NCBI GenBank assembly: GCA_017439665.1
Contig: JAFSIS010000074.1
Coordinates: 3,632-67,631 of the forward strand
DNA length: 64,000 nt
Reading direction: 5' to 3'
From: Lachnospiraceae bacterium
Lineage (GTDB): Bacteria; Bacillota; Clostridia; Lachnospirales; Lachnospiraceae
Within the stretch, counting starts at the first letter, position 1, and every line of letters begins with the position of its first letter. Under the pieces are notes generated by a model, which saw nothing but the letters and a program-made list of their open reading frames with translations, did no database searches and was not told the origin of the DNA. A program made the translations under genes and the position numbers. Shown here piece after piece: positions 47,407 to 56,168 of this stretch.

Positions 47407-49089
47407 ATGCAGTTAACAGGTGCGGAAATCGTAATTGAATGCTTAAAAGAACAGGGAGTAGACACCGTTTTCGGATATCCCGGCGGTTCTATTTTAAATA
47501 TCTATGATGCCCTATATAAACATCAGGACGAAATTTTTCATATATTAACCAGTCATGAGCAGGGGGCTTCCCATGCTGCTGATGGTTATGCAAGAGCCAC
47601 CGGAAAGGTGGGAGTGTGTATGGCGACCAGTGGACCGGGAGCAACCAATCTGGTTACCGGTATTGCTACGGCCTATATGGATTCCATACCCATGGTGGCC
47701 ATCACTGCCAATGTAACCCTGCCTCTTCTGGGAAAGGATAGCTTTCAGGAGGTGGACATTGCGGGAGTGACCATGCCTATTACCAAGCATGGCTTTATTG
47801 TTAAGGATGTATCGATTCTGGCCGAAACCATTCGTAAGGCGTTTAAAATTGCCCAGTCAGGAAGACCGGGGCCGGTACTGGTAGATATTACCAAGGATGT
47901 GACGGCTGCTCTCTGTGAGTATGAGCGAAAAGAGCCGGAGGCCCCTGCTCATAAAAGCCGGTTTACTGAACAGGAGATTGAGCAGGCACTGGAGTTGATC
48001 CGTAAGGCGAAAAAACCCTATATTTACGTGGGTGGCGGTGCAATTCTTTCCAACGCATCGAAGGAAGTAAGGGAGTTTGTGGATAAGGTACAGGCACCCG
48101 TTTGTGAAACCCTGATGGCAAAAGGAGTCTGTGACAGCTATGCAGATAACTATACCGGTATGATCGGTATGCACGGAACCAAGGCTTCTAATCTGGGGGT
48201 AAGCAATTGTGATCTTCTGATTGCCCTGGGTGCACGCTTTTCCGATCGAGTGATCGGAAGTCCTAAAACCTTTGCTGCAAAGGCAAAAATTTTACATATT
48301 GACATAGATGCGGCAGAGGTAGATAAAAACATCCGTACGGATGCTTCTCTTGTAGGTGATCTGAAAGAGGTACTGACCATATTAAATCAGCGTCTGGATC
48401 CCCAGGAGCATAGTGAATGGCTGGAGTACATCAAAGAGATCAAGACCAGATTTCCTCTGAAATATGATGACAGTATTTTAAGCTGCCCTTATATTATTGA
48501 AGAAATTGACCGGGTAACCAAGGGGCAGGCAATCATCACTACCGATGTCGGACAGCATCAGATGTGGGCAGCACAGTTTTACCATTATACTGAGCCCAGA
48601 ACCTTTTTAACATCGGGAGGCCTGGGAACTATGGGTTATGGTCTGGGAGCCTGCATCGGAGCCAAAACCGGTCGTCCGGATAAGATCGTAATCAATATCG
48701 GCGGTGACGGATGCTTCAGAATGAATATGAATGAGCTGGCTACGGCAAACCGTTATCATATTCCCGTTATTCAGGTGATCATCAATAATCATGTACTGGG
48801 AATGGTGCGTCAGTGGCAGACACTTTTCTATGAGGGCAGATATTCCCAGACCGTTTTAGAGGATCAGGTGGATTTCTGTAAGGTAGCAGAGGGGCTGGGC
48901 TGTGAGGCTATTCTGGTGACCAAAAAAGAAGAGGTTGGTCCGGCCATTGAAAAGGCTATTTCATTAAAGAAGCCGGTGGTCATCAATTGTATCATTCCCA
49001 AGGATGAAAAGGTATTCCCTATGGTGCCTGCAGGGGCTTCCATCAGTGATGCCTTTGATGAGGATGATTTGAAGAAACAAAGTAAGTAA
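47407..49089 (+). CDS. ilvB: acetolactate synthase large subunit (biosynthetic type, ThDP-dependent)
   Basis: GYPGGSILNIYDAL, HEQGASHAADGYAR, GGLGTMGYGLGA and GDGCFRMN motifs. No small-subunit gene follows. Confidence 0.92.
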   Translation: MQLTGAEIVIECLKEQGVDTVFGYPGGSILNIYDALYKHQDEIFHILTSHEQGASHAADGYARATGKVGVCMATSGPGATNLVTGIATAYMDSIPMVAITANVTLPLLGKDSFQEVDIAGVTMPITKHGFIVKDVSILAETIRKAFKIAQSGRPGPVLVDITKDVTAALCEYERKEPEAPAHKSRFTEQEIEQALELIRKAKKPYIYVGGGAILSNASKEVREFVDKVQAPVCETLMAKGVCDSYADNYTGMIGMHGTKASNLGVSNCDLLIALGARFSDRVIGSPKTFAAKAKILHIDIDAAEVDKNIRTDASLVGDLKEVLTILNQRLDPQEHSEWLEYIKEIKTRFPLKYDDSILSCPYIIEEIDRVTKGQAIITTDVGQHQMWAAQFYHYTEPRTFLTSGGLGTMGYGLGACIGAKTGRPDKIVINIGGDGCFRMNMNELATANRYHIPVIQVIINNHVLGMVRQWQTLFYEGRYSQTVLEDQVDFCKVAEGLGCEAILVTKKEEVGPAIEKAISLKKPVVINCIIPKDEKVFPMVPAGASISDAFDEDDLKKQSK

Positions 49090-49111
49090 ACGTTTATAGC
49101 AGGAGTTTTTC

Positions 49112-50515
49112 ATGAAAAGAAAAACAATCGTTTTATTTGCCGTACTGGCAGCCTGTATTTTCTTGCCGGGTCTGATCTATTTAGGCCTGGCAATTTATTA
49201 TCAGGATTCTTTTTATTATGGAACCTGGATCAACGGGATCTATTGTACCGGAAAAACGGTTGAAGAGGTGCAAAAGGAGCTGACGGAGGGTTTTTCCTAT
49301 AAAGGACTGACCGTTTATGGAAAAGAAGGGGAGGACTTTCTTTCTGTCGAAGAACTGGAGCTTACTTTTGATTTTCAACCGGCGCTTCAGATTTATCTGA
49401 AAGAGCAGAATCCCTTTGACTGGTTCTATCAGCTGGTTACAGGCCACCGGGAGCAGGTTTTGCTGCCAATTATCAGCTTTCAGGAAAAGAAGCTGGAGCA
49501 GTGGATGTATACTACAGAATTTTATGCAGAAAATAAGGCTCTTTCAGAGGACGATCTATCCATTACCCTGACGAATGAGGGTTACTGTCTTAAAGAGGAT
49601 AAGGCAGAGGTTCTGGATCTGGCTAAAGCAAAGGAAAAGATCAGACTGGCTCTTATGGGAGCCATTGCAGAGCTTTCCTTACAGGAGGAAGACTGCTATT
49701 TTTACCGTAAGGATACGGAAGAAATGGTAAAAATACGTGAGCTCTATGGTCGGATTGAAGAGTTTCAGAGCCGTTCATTTACCTATTCCATTAAGGATAA
49801 GATGAGAGTGGTTACAAGCGGTGAACTGGCACTTTTTTTGAAACGGGATGAAGAAACAAAGGAGTTTCTTCAAGATAAGGAGGGAAAATTCATCCTGGAT
49901 AATGAGGCCATCGAGAACTTTGTGGTGAAGCTGGCAGAAGAATTCGATACCTGGCATAATTTCACCTTTACTGCCCATGATGGAAGGGAAATTCATCTGA
50001 CCAGAGGAAATTATGGTCTGCAGATTTTCAGAAAGAAGGAGATTGATTTCCTGAAGGAGGCTTTACAAGAGGAGAATGAGGAAGAAATTCTGAGGATACC
50101 GGAATATTCCCGTGATATCACCTATAATGATCAGCATGGAATTGGAAAGACCTACATAGAAATTGATATGAGTGAGCAGAAGCTTTACTATTGGGAAGAG
50201 GGTAATCTCCGTCTGGAAACGGATGTGGTTACCGGTTGTGTAAAGAAGGGAATGGCTACTCCCCAGATGGTATGCTACGTTTATAATAAAAAACGGGATG
50301 CCGTTTTAAGAGGAGAGGATTACCGCTCTCCGGTAGACTACTGGATACCGGTTTATGGAGGGATCGGCATTCATGATGCTTCCTGGCGAAGTAAATTCGG
50401 TGGAGAAATCTATATCAGGGATGGTTCCCACGGCTGTATCAATACACCATTGGAAAAAGTGGCCGAGCTTTACGAGATGATAGAAGTAGGAATTCCTGTT
50501 GTGATATATAATTAG
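49112..50515 (+). CDS. L,D-transpeptidase family protein (YkuD domain), membrane-anchored
   Basis: N-terminal TM helix. C-terminal YkuD catalytic region GIGIHDASWR...SHGCINTP. Confidence 0.85.
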   Translation: MKRKTIVLFAVLAACIFLPGLIYLGLAIYYQDSFYYGTWINGIYCTGKTVEEVQKELTEGFSYKGLTVYGKEGEDFLSVEELELTFDFQPALQIYLKEQNPFDWFYQLVTGHREQVLLPIISFQEKKLEQWMYTTEFYAENKALSEDDLSITLTNEGYCLKEDKAEVLDLAKAKEKIRLALMGAIAELSLQEEDCYFYRKDTEEMVKIRELYGRIEEFQSRSFTYSIKDKMRVVTSGELALFLKRDEETKEFLQDKEGKFILDNEAIENFVVKLAEEFDTWHNFTFTAHDGREIHLTRGNYGLQIFRKKEIDFLKEALQEENEEEILRIPEYSRDITYNDQHGIGKTYIEIDMSEQKLYYWEEGNLRLETDVVTGCVKKGMATPQMVCYVYNKKRDAVLRGEDYRSPVDYWIPVYGGIGIHDASWRSKFGGEIYIRDGSHGCINTPLEKVAELYEMIEVGIPVVIYN

Positions 50516-50604
50516 CAAGGTAATTGACTAAAGGATTAAACCATTGTAAAATAATGGATACATGTAAAAAACAGAACTGTCCAAAAGGCAGAATGGAGGA
50601 TAAA

Positions 50605-51687
50605 ATGGCCAGAATTTATAACTTTTCTGCGGGGCCTGCGGTTTTACCCGAGGAGGTCCTGCGTGAAGCAGCAGAGGAAATGCTGGATTACAAAGGATGC
50701 GGAATGTCCGTTATGGAGATGAGCCACCGCTCTAAGGTATATGAAACCATTATTAAAGAAGCTGAGGCTGATCTGCGGGAGCTGATGAACATTCCCGATA
50801 ACTATAAGGTACTGTTTTTACAGGGAGGAGCCAGCCAGCAGTTTGCCATGATTCCTATGAATCTGATGAAAAATAAGGTGGCAGATTACATTGTTACCGG
50901 ACAATGGGCAAAAAAGGCATATCAGGAAGCAGCCAAATACGGTAAGGCCAATAAGATCGCTTCCAGTGAAGATGAAACCTTTTCCTACATACCGGATTGT
51001 TCCGATCTGCCTGTTTCTGAGGATGCAGATTATGTATACATCTGTGAAAACAACACGATTTATGGAACTAAGTTTAAAGAACTTCCCAATACCAAAGGAA
51101 AAACTCTGGTAGCAGACGTTTCCAGCTGTTTCCTTTCCGAGCCTGTGGATGTAAGTAAATACGGGATTATCTACGGTGGTGTGCAGAAGAATATCGGTCC
51201 TGCCGGTGTAGTGATTGTGATCATTCGAGAGGATCTGATCACTGAAGATGTGCTTCCCGGAACCCCGACCATTCTGCAGTATAAGATTCATGCTGACAAT
51301 GATTCTTTATACAATACCCCTCCGGCTTATGGTATCTATATCTGTGGTAAGGTGTTCAAATGGCTGAAAAAACAGGGCGGCCTTGAGGCTATGAAGGTAC
51401 ATAACGAAGAAAAAGCAGCTATTCTTTATGATTTTCTGGACAGCAGCAAGCTGTTTAAAGGTACTGTACGAAAAGAGGACCGCTCCCTGATGAACGTTCC
51501 TTTTATCACCGGCAATGATGATCTGGATGCCAAATTTGTTAAGGAAGCTAAAGAAGCCGGTTTGGAAAATCTTAAGGGACACAGAAGTGTGGGTGGTATG
51601 CGCGCCAGCATCTATAATGCTATGCCCAGGGAAGGGGTAGTAAAATTAGTGGAGTTTATGAAAAAATTCGAGGAGGAGAACTGCTAA
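50605..51687 (+). CDS. serC: 3-phosphoserine aminotransferase
   Basis: ATG 50605 follows GGAGGATAAA. YNFSAGPAVLPEEVL, SHRSK and QGGASQQF motifs. Confidence 0.93.
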   Translation: MARIYNFSAGPAVLPEEVLREAAEEMLDYKGCGMSVMEMSHRSKVYETIIKEAEADLRELMNIPDNYKVLFLQGGASQQFAMIPMNLMKNKVADYIVTGQWAKKAYQEAAKYGKANKIASSEDETFSYIPDCSDLPVSEDADYVYICENNTIYGTKFKELPNTKGKTLVADVSSCFLSEPVDVSKYGIIYGGVQKNIGPAGVVIVIIREDLITEDVLPGTPTILQYKIHADNDSLYNTPPAYGIYICGKVFKWLKKQGGLEAMKVHNEEKAAILYDFLDSSKLFKGTVRKEDRSLMNVPFITGNDDLDAKFVKEAKEAGLENLKGHRSVGGMRASIYNAMPREGVVKLVEFMKKFEEENC

Positions 51688-51709
51688 AAGCAGCTCAAAA
51701 TGAGGAGTT

Positions 51710-52873
51710 ATGTTTAAATACCATTGCCTGAATCCTATCGCACAGGTAGGAACCGATCGTTTTACTGAAAATTATGAACAGACCGACAATCTGGCAGAAG
51801 CGGATGGTGTACTGGTAAGAAGTGCATCCATGCATGACATGGAGCTTCCGGACGGCCTTCTTGCTGTGGCCAGAGCAGGTGCCGGTGTAAATAATATTCC
51901 CCTGGAAGAATGTGCCCAGAAGGGAATCGTTGTGTTCAATACTCCCGGTGCCAATGCCAATGGCGTAAAGGAGCTGGTGATCGCCGGAATGCTCCTGGCT
52001 GCCCGTGATGTAGTAGGCGGTATCAACTGGGTAGAAGCCAATAAAGATGATGCAGACATCGCTAAAGCAGCAGAGAAAGAGAAGAAGAATTTTGCCGGTA
52101 CGGAGCTGGAAGATAAGAAGCTGGGTATCATTGGCCTTGGTGCCATCGGTGTCAAGGTGGCAAATGTGGCAAAGCATATGGGGATGGAGGTATATGGCTA
52201 TGATCCCTACGTGTCTGTGGATGCTGCATGGAACTTAAGCCGTGATGTCAAGCATGTCCGTAATGTGGATGCCATTTTGGAAGCCTGTGATTTTATCACT
52301 ATCCATGTGCCGCTGATGGATGCTACACGCAAGATGATCAATGAGGAAGCCCTTTCCAAAATGAAGGATGGAGTGATCATTTTAAACTTTGCCCGTGACC
52401 TTTTAGTGGATGAAGAAGCTGTACTTCAGGGAATTGCTTCCGGAAAAGTACGGAAATACGTGACTGATTTTCCTAATCCAACCACGGCAGGAAAAGAAGG
52501 CTGTATCGTTATCCCTCATCTGGGAGCATCAACGGAGGAATCTGAGGATAACTGTGCAGTAATGGCAGTAAAAGAATTGAAAAATTATCTGGAAAATGGC
52601 AATATCATCAATAGTGTGAACTATCCCACCTGCGATATGGGAAAATGTGAGCAGGCAGGCAGAGTAGCTATTTTCCATAAAAATATCAAGAATATGATCG
52701 GAAGATTTTCTACCATTCTGGGTGACAATGAGATCAATATCACCGATATGATCAACAAATCCAGAGGTGAGGTGGCTTATTCCATGTTTGATGTGGAAAC
52801 ACCATTAAGTGAGGAGATTATTAAGGCTCTGGAACAGGTAGAAGGTGTATTCAGAGTCAGAGTGGTAAAATAA
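51710..52873 (+). CDS. serA: D-3-phosphoglycerate dehydrogenase (with C-terminal ACT-like domain)
   Basis: NAD-binding GIIGLGAIG, catalytic region HLGASTEES, 387 aa. Adjacent to serC. Confidence 0.9.
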   Translation: MFKYHCLNPIAQVGTDRFTENYEQTDNLAEADGVLVRSASMHDMELPDGLLAVARAGAGVNNIPLEECAQKGIVVFNTPGANANGVKELVIAGMLLAARDVVGGINWVEANKDDADIAKAAEKEKKNFAGTELEDKKLGIIGLGAIGVKVANVAKHMGMEVYGYDPYVSVDAAWNLSRDVKHVRNVDAILEACDFITIHVPLMDATRKMINEEALSKMKDGVIILNFARDLLVDEEAVLQGIASGKVRKYVTDFPNPTTAGKEGCIVIPHLGASTEESEDNCAVMAVKELKNYLENGNIINSVNYPTCDMGKCEQAGRVAIFHKNIKNMIGRFSTILGDNEINITDMINKSRGEVAYSMFDVETPLSEEIIKALEQVEGVFRVRVVK

Positions 52874-53343
52874 AGTGAGTTGACCGTTAACTGGATCAGC
52901 TTGCATGAATAGGAGGAGTTGTTATGTTGCGGATACTTATCCGGCAGTATGGCAGCTCCTTTTGATATTGCATCAATACATGGATTGAAGTGCGGAAGAG
53001 CTATGGAATTAATGTTATACAAAGGGGAAATAGATATTTGGTCTTGCAATTATAAATCAGTTCATCTATAATACCTATATCAAGATATTTACTCAACAGT
53101 TCAGAAAATCTTTTGACATATCCATTTTTCAGATTAATAGCACTCTTATTTTTATTATTCAGCTGTTTTTTTATCGGAAAAAAGAAGGTTTACTATATAC
53201 ATGTTTATTCGTTTGCCTTATAATGAAATTAAGAATATGAATCCAATATTTTTAAGTTTACCAGAAAAGTAATTTATCATTTCTTCTGGAAGGAATAGTT
53301 CATTTCATTATCTTCACATCAACCGACTAAAGAAAGGAGACTT

Positions 53344-54384
53344 ATGAAGGTCAGGACACACATCTCAGAGGCACTTCGAGAAGCGGGAGACATGGCACAA
53401 TACGATGCCGAAGTAAAAAAGATCTTAAGCAATAAGACTATACTTGCCTGGATCCTTAAGGGGACGGTAGCGGAGCTTAAGAACGGTTCCATAGAGCAAA
53501 TCCGGGAATGCATAGAAGGAGAGCCCCAGGTCAGCAGGATCAGAGTCAGGCCAGGGCATACACCAGAAGCCATTAGTGGGAGTAATAAAGAGGATAAAGT
53601 ACCGGGGGAGGGGACGGTCACCTATGATATCCGTTTCTACGTGATCCTACCGGAGGGACGGAGGATAAAGCTGATCATGGATATAGAGGCTCAGAAGAGC
53701 TTTTATCCTGGCTACGATCTGGTCACCAGAGGGGTATTTTATTGTAACCGAATGCTATCTTCCCAGCTGGATGTGGAGTTCACCGGAGAGAATTATAATG
53801 ACATAAAGAAGGTATACAGCATCTTCATCTGTATGGAGGCTCCTAAGTATGTAAGGAATACGATTACTGAGTATAATATGCGTCAGATTAAACGTTTTGG
53901 GAATTTTAAGAAAAAAGTCCGATATGATCTGCTGTCCCTGGTAATGATCTGCATGGGAGAGGATGAGCATACCCCAAATCCTTTGCTGGGTATGTTGAAT
54001 GTACTGCTGTCAGATACTATACCGGTTTGGAAGAAAGAAGAGATTCTTTCAAATAAATATGGGTTGGAAATGGAAATAGAATTGAAGGAGGCAGTGAAGA
54101 AAATGTGTAATTTAAGCGAATTGGTATTGGAGCGTGGAATAAAAGAAGGAAGAAAACAAGGCAGAGAAAGTGGACTACGTGAAGGAAGAAAAAGTGGACT
54201 ACGTGAAGGAAGAAAAAGCGGACTGCGTGAAGGTAGGAAATGTGGTATAGAGGAAGGCAGAATCCTTACTCTTTATGATCTGGTAGAGGACGAAACTCTG
54301 GCTCTGACGGCTGCAGCAGAAAGATTGTCCATGTCGGAAGAAGAGTTTATGGATAAAGTGAATCGGTATAAGAAGAAAAAATAA
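53344..54384 (+). CDS. Rpn-family recombination-promoting nuclease / putative transposase (PD-(D/E)XK, YhgA-like)
   Basis: RBS AAAGGAG. N-terminal nuclease-like core (DIRFYVI...MDIEAQK). C-terminal basic EGRK repeats (GLREGRKSGLREGRKSGLREGRK), characteristic of this family. Preceded by about 470 bp of AT-rich non-coding DNA. Confidence 0.8.
   Translation: MKVRTHISEALREAGDMAQYDAEVKKILSNKTILAWILKGTVAELKNGSIEQIRECIEGEPQVSRIRVRPGHTPEAISGSNKEDKVPGEGTVTYDIRFYVILPEGRRIKLIMDIEAQKSFYPGYDLVTRGVFYCNRMLSSQLDVEFTGENYNDIKKVYSIFICMEAPKYVRNTITEYNMRQIKRFGNFKKKVRYDLLSLVMICMGEDEHTPNPLLGMLNVLLSDTIPVWKKEEILSNKYGLEMEIELKEAVKKMCNLSELVLERGIKEGRKQGRESGLREGRKSGLREGRKSGLREGRKCGIEEGRILTLYDLVEDETLALTAAAERLSMSEEEFMDKVNRYKKKK
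54171..54242 (+). repeat. in-frame 24-nt tandem repeat x3 inside the Rpn-family gene
   Basis: TGGACTACGTGAAGGAAGAAAAAG twice, then CGGACTGCGTGAAGGTAGGAAATG. Encodes GLREGRKS x3. Confidence 0.9.
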
Positions 54385-54442
54385 TCCAATAGCAAGGTTT
54401 CTATGATGTATTATTTTTAAGAGAGCTGTGTATAGGGAAGTT

Positions 54443-54703
54443 TTATTCTTCCGGATTCAGTATTTCCTTAAACTCTTCCTTAAATCTGGCCTCCCGTTCT
54501 ACGGCAGCTTCTGTAGCCAGATCCATATATTTCAGGAATACCTCCTCTACAGGCATGGAGTGAACCATGGCCAGCTTTTGAAGAATGGGCCTGAGCATAT
54601 CCAGCTGTTCACTGATTCGTACCTTTTCCGGGTTTACATCTGCCATAACCTCTTCGGCATAAGCATTGATCTGATTTAAAAAGTCTCTTTCTTCGACTGT
54701 CAT
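54443..54703 (-). CDS. hypothetical small acidic protein (86-90 aa)
   Basis: ORF 54443-54715. The second ATG (54703) has GGAGG 5 nt upstream. No recognisable motif. Confidence 0.5.
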   Translation of the reverse strand: MTVEERDFLNQINAYAEEVMADVNPEKVRISEQLDMLRPILQKLAMVHSMPVEEVFLKYMDLATEAAVEREARFKEEFKEILNPEE

Positions 54704-54780
54704 ATTTTCCTCCATTTAAAACGGATATTCCGTATTTTTTCTGATTTTGCAAAAACTCATTCTGCTCTCCAATATAGCAC

Positions 54781-54810
54781 TTGCTTACCGCCTTGTCAAA
54801 ATGGTATGAT
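54781..54810 (+). promoter_or_regulatory. sigma-A-like promoter of the DUF1015 gene
   Basis: TTGCTT, 18-nt spacer, TGgTATGAT. Confidence 0.45.
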
Positions 54811-54846
54811 AAGAAAACAATCATAAGAATAGACAAGGAGATTATT

Positions 54847-56082
54847 ATGGCAGTCATACGCCCCTTTCAGGGAATCCGCCCCAGACCGGAATATGCCGGA
54901 CAGATCGCGGCCCTTCCCTATGATGTATATAGCAGTGAAGAAGCGAGGAAGGTTGTGGAAAAGGAGCCGCTTTCCTTTCTGCGGATAGACCGGGCAGAGA
55001 CCAATTTCCCCATAAGTCAGGATATGTATGCTTCCTGTGTATATGAGAAGGCAGGAGAGTTACTGGGAGAATGGCTTGAAGAAGGCTATCTGCTTCAGGA
55101 TGAAAAAAAGGTTTATTATATATATGAACTGACTATGAATGGACGAATACAGACAGGTATTGTGGCTGTGGCGTCTGTGGATGATTACAATAATCAAGTG
55201 ATCAAAAAGCATGAAAATACCAGAAGTGATAAAGAGTTGGACCGTATCCACCATATTGAAGGCTGTGGAATGCAGACCGGTCCTATTTTTCTGGCTTATC
55301 GAGATAATGAGGTTCTAAATGTGCTGGTTAACAAGACCAAGGAAAAAGAACCTCTTTATGATTTTACAAAAGAAGATGGAGTACGCCACCGTGTTTTTCT
55401 TTTGGAAGATGAGGATGAAATTCAGACCATAGAACAGACCTTCGCAGGAATTGACCGGATATACATTGCCGATGGTCACCACCGTTGTGCCTCGGCGGCG
55501 AAGGTATGTATGGACAGACGCCAGGAGAATCCGGATTATACCAAAGAAGAGGAGTATAATTACGTTTTATCGGTGCTGTTTCCCCAGTCTCAGCTGGAGA
55601 TTCTGGACTACAACCGGGTGGTAAAGGATCTGAACGGATTATCAAGAGGTGAATTTCTGGAGAAATTGGAAAAGTGTTTTTCTATTGAAAAACGTGAAGA
55701 GAAAGTAAAACCGGAGAAAAAGGGACAATGGGGAATGTATCTGGGGAATAGCTGGTACAGCCTGACCCTAAAGGAAGAAATTACACCGACTCAGGATGTG
55801 GTAGGCAGACTGGATGTTTCTCTTTTACAGGAATACTGTCTGGCTCCTATTCTGGGGATTCAGGACCCAAAAACGGATAAACGAATAGATTTTATCGGTG
55901 GAATACGGGGGCTTGAGGAATTGGAAAGAAGGGTACAGACGGATTGTCAGGTTGCTTTTTCTTTGATGCCCACCTCAATGGAGGAACTGTTTGCCGTAGC
56001 AGACAGGGGACTTCTTATGCCGCCCAAATCCACATGGTTTGAACCAAAGCTCAGAAGTGGATTGTTTTTACATAAACTGTAA
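54847..56082 (+). CDS. DUF1015 domain protein
   Basis: ATG 54847 follows AAGGAGATTATT. N-terminus MAVIRPFQGIRPRPEYAGQIAALPYDVYS and ADGHHR are typical of DUF1015. This family is often linked to serA/serC. Confidence 0.85.
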   Translation: MAVIRPFQGIRPRPEYAGQIAALPYDVYSSEEARKVVEKEPLSFLRIDRAETNFPISQDMYASCVYEKAGELLGEWLEEGYLLQDEKKVYYIYELTMNGRIQTGIVAVASVDDYNNQVIKKHENTRSDKELDRIHHIEGCGMQTGPIFLAYRDNEVLNVLVNKTKEKEPLYDFTKEDGVRHRVFLLEDEDEIQTIEQTFAGIDRIYIADGHHRCASAAKVCMDRRQENPDYTKEEEYNYVLSVLFPQSQLEILDYNRVVKDLNGLSRGEFLEKLEKCFSIEKREEKVKPEKKGQWGMYLGNSWYSLTLKEEITPTQDVVGRLDVSLLQEYCLAPILGIQDPKTDKRIDFIGGIRGLEELERRVQTDCQVAFSLMPTSMEELFAVADRGLLMPPKSTWFEPKLRSGLFLHKL

Positions 56083-56168
56083 CGATTCAGAGCCATGTGA
56101 ATTGACGAAAGCACGATTTTGCGAATGTGATTTTGAATAGTTACTAAAAACTGTAGGAGAGGTAAGAG

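Noticed and set aside
52924-52965. 13-codon micro-ORF (MLRILIRQYGSSF) with a strong AGGAGG upstream, just after serA
   Set aside because: The apparent RBS is the 5' arm of a hairpin (AGGAGTTG ... CAGCTCCT followed by TTTT). This is more simply the serA terminator, and the ORF lies inside the loop.
53040-53200. Stop-free minus-strand stretch of about 55 codons in the AT-rich spacer
   Set aside because: It has no start codon and no RBS. At best it is a gene remnant. It is mentioned under the island finding but not called as a feature.
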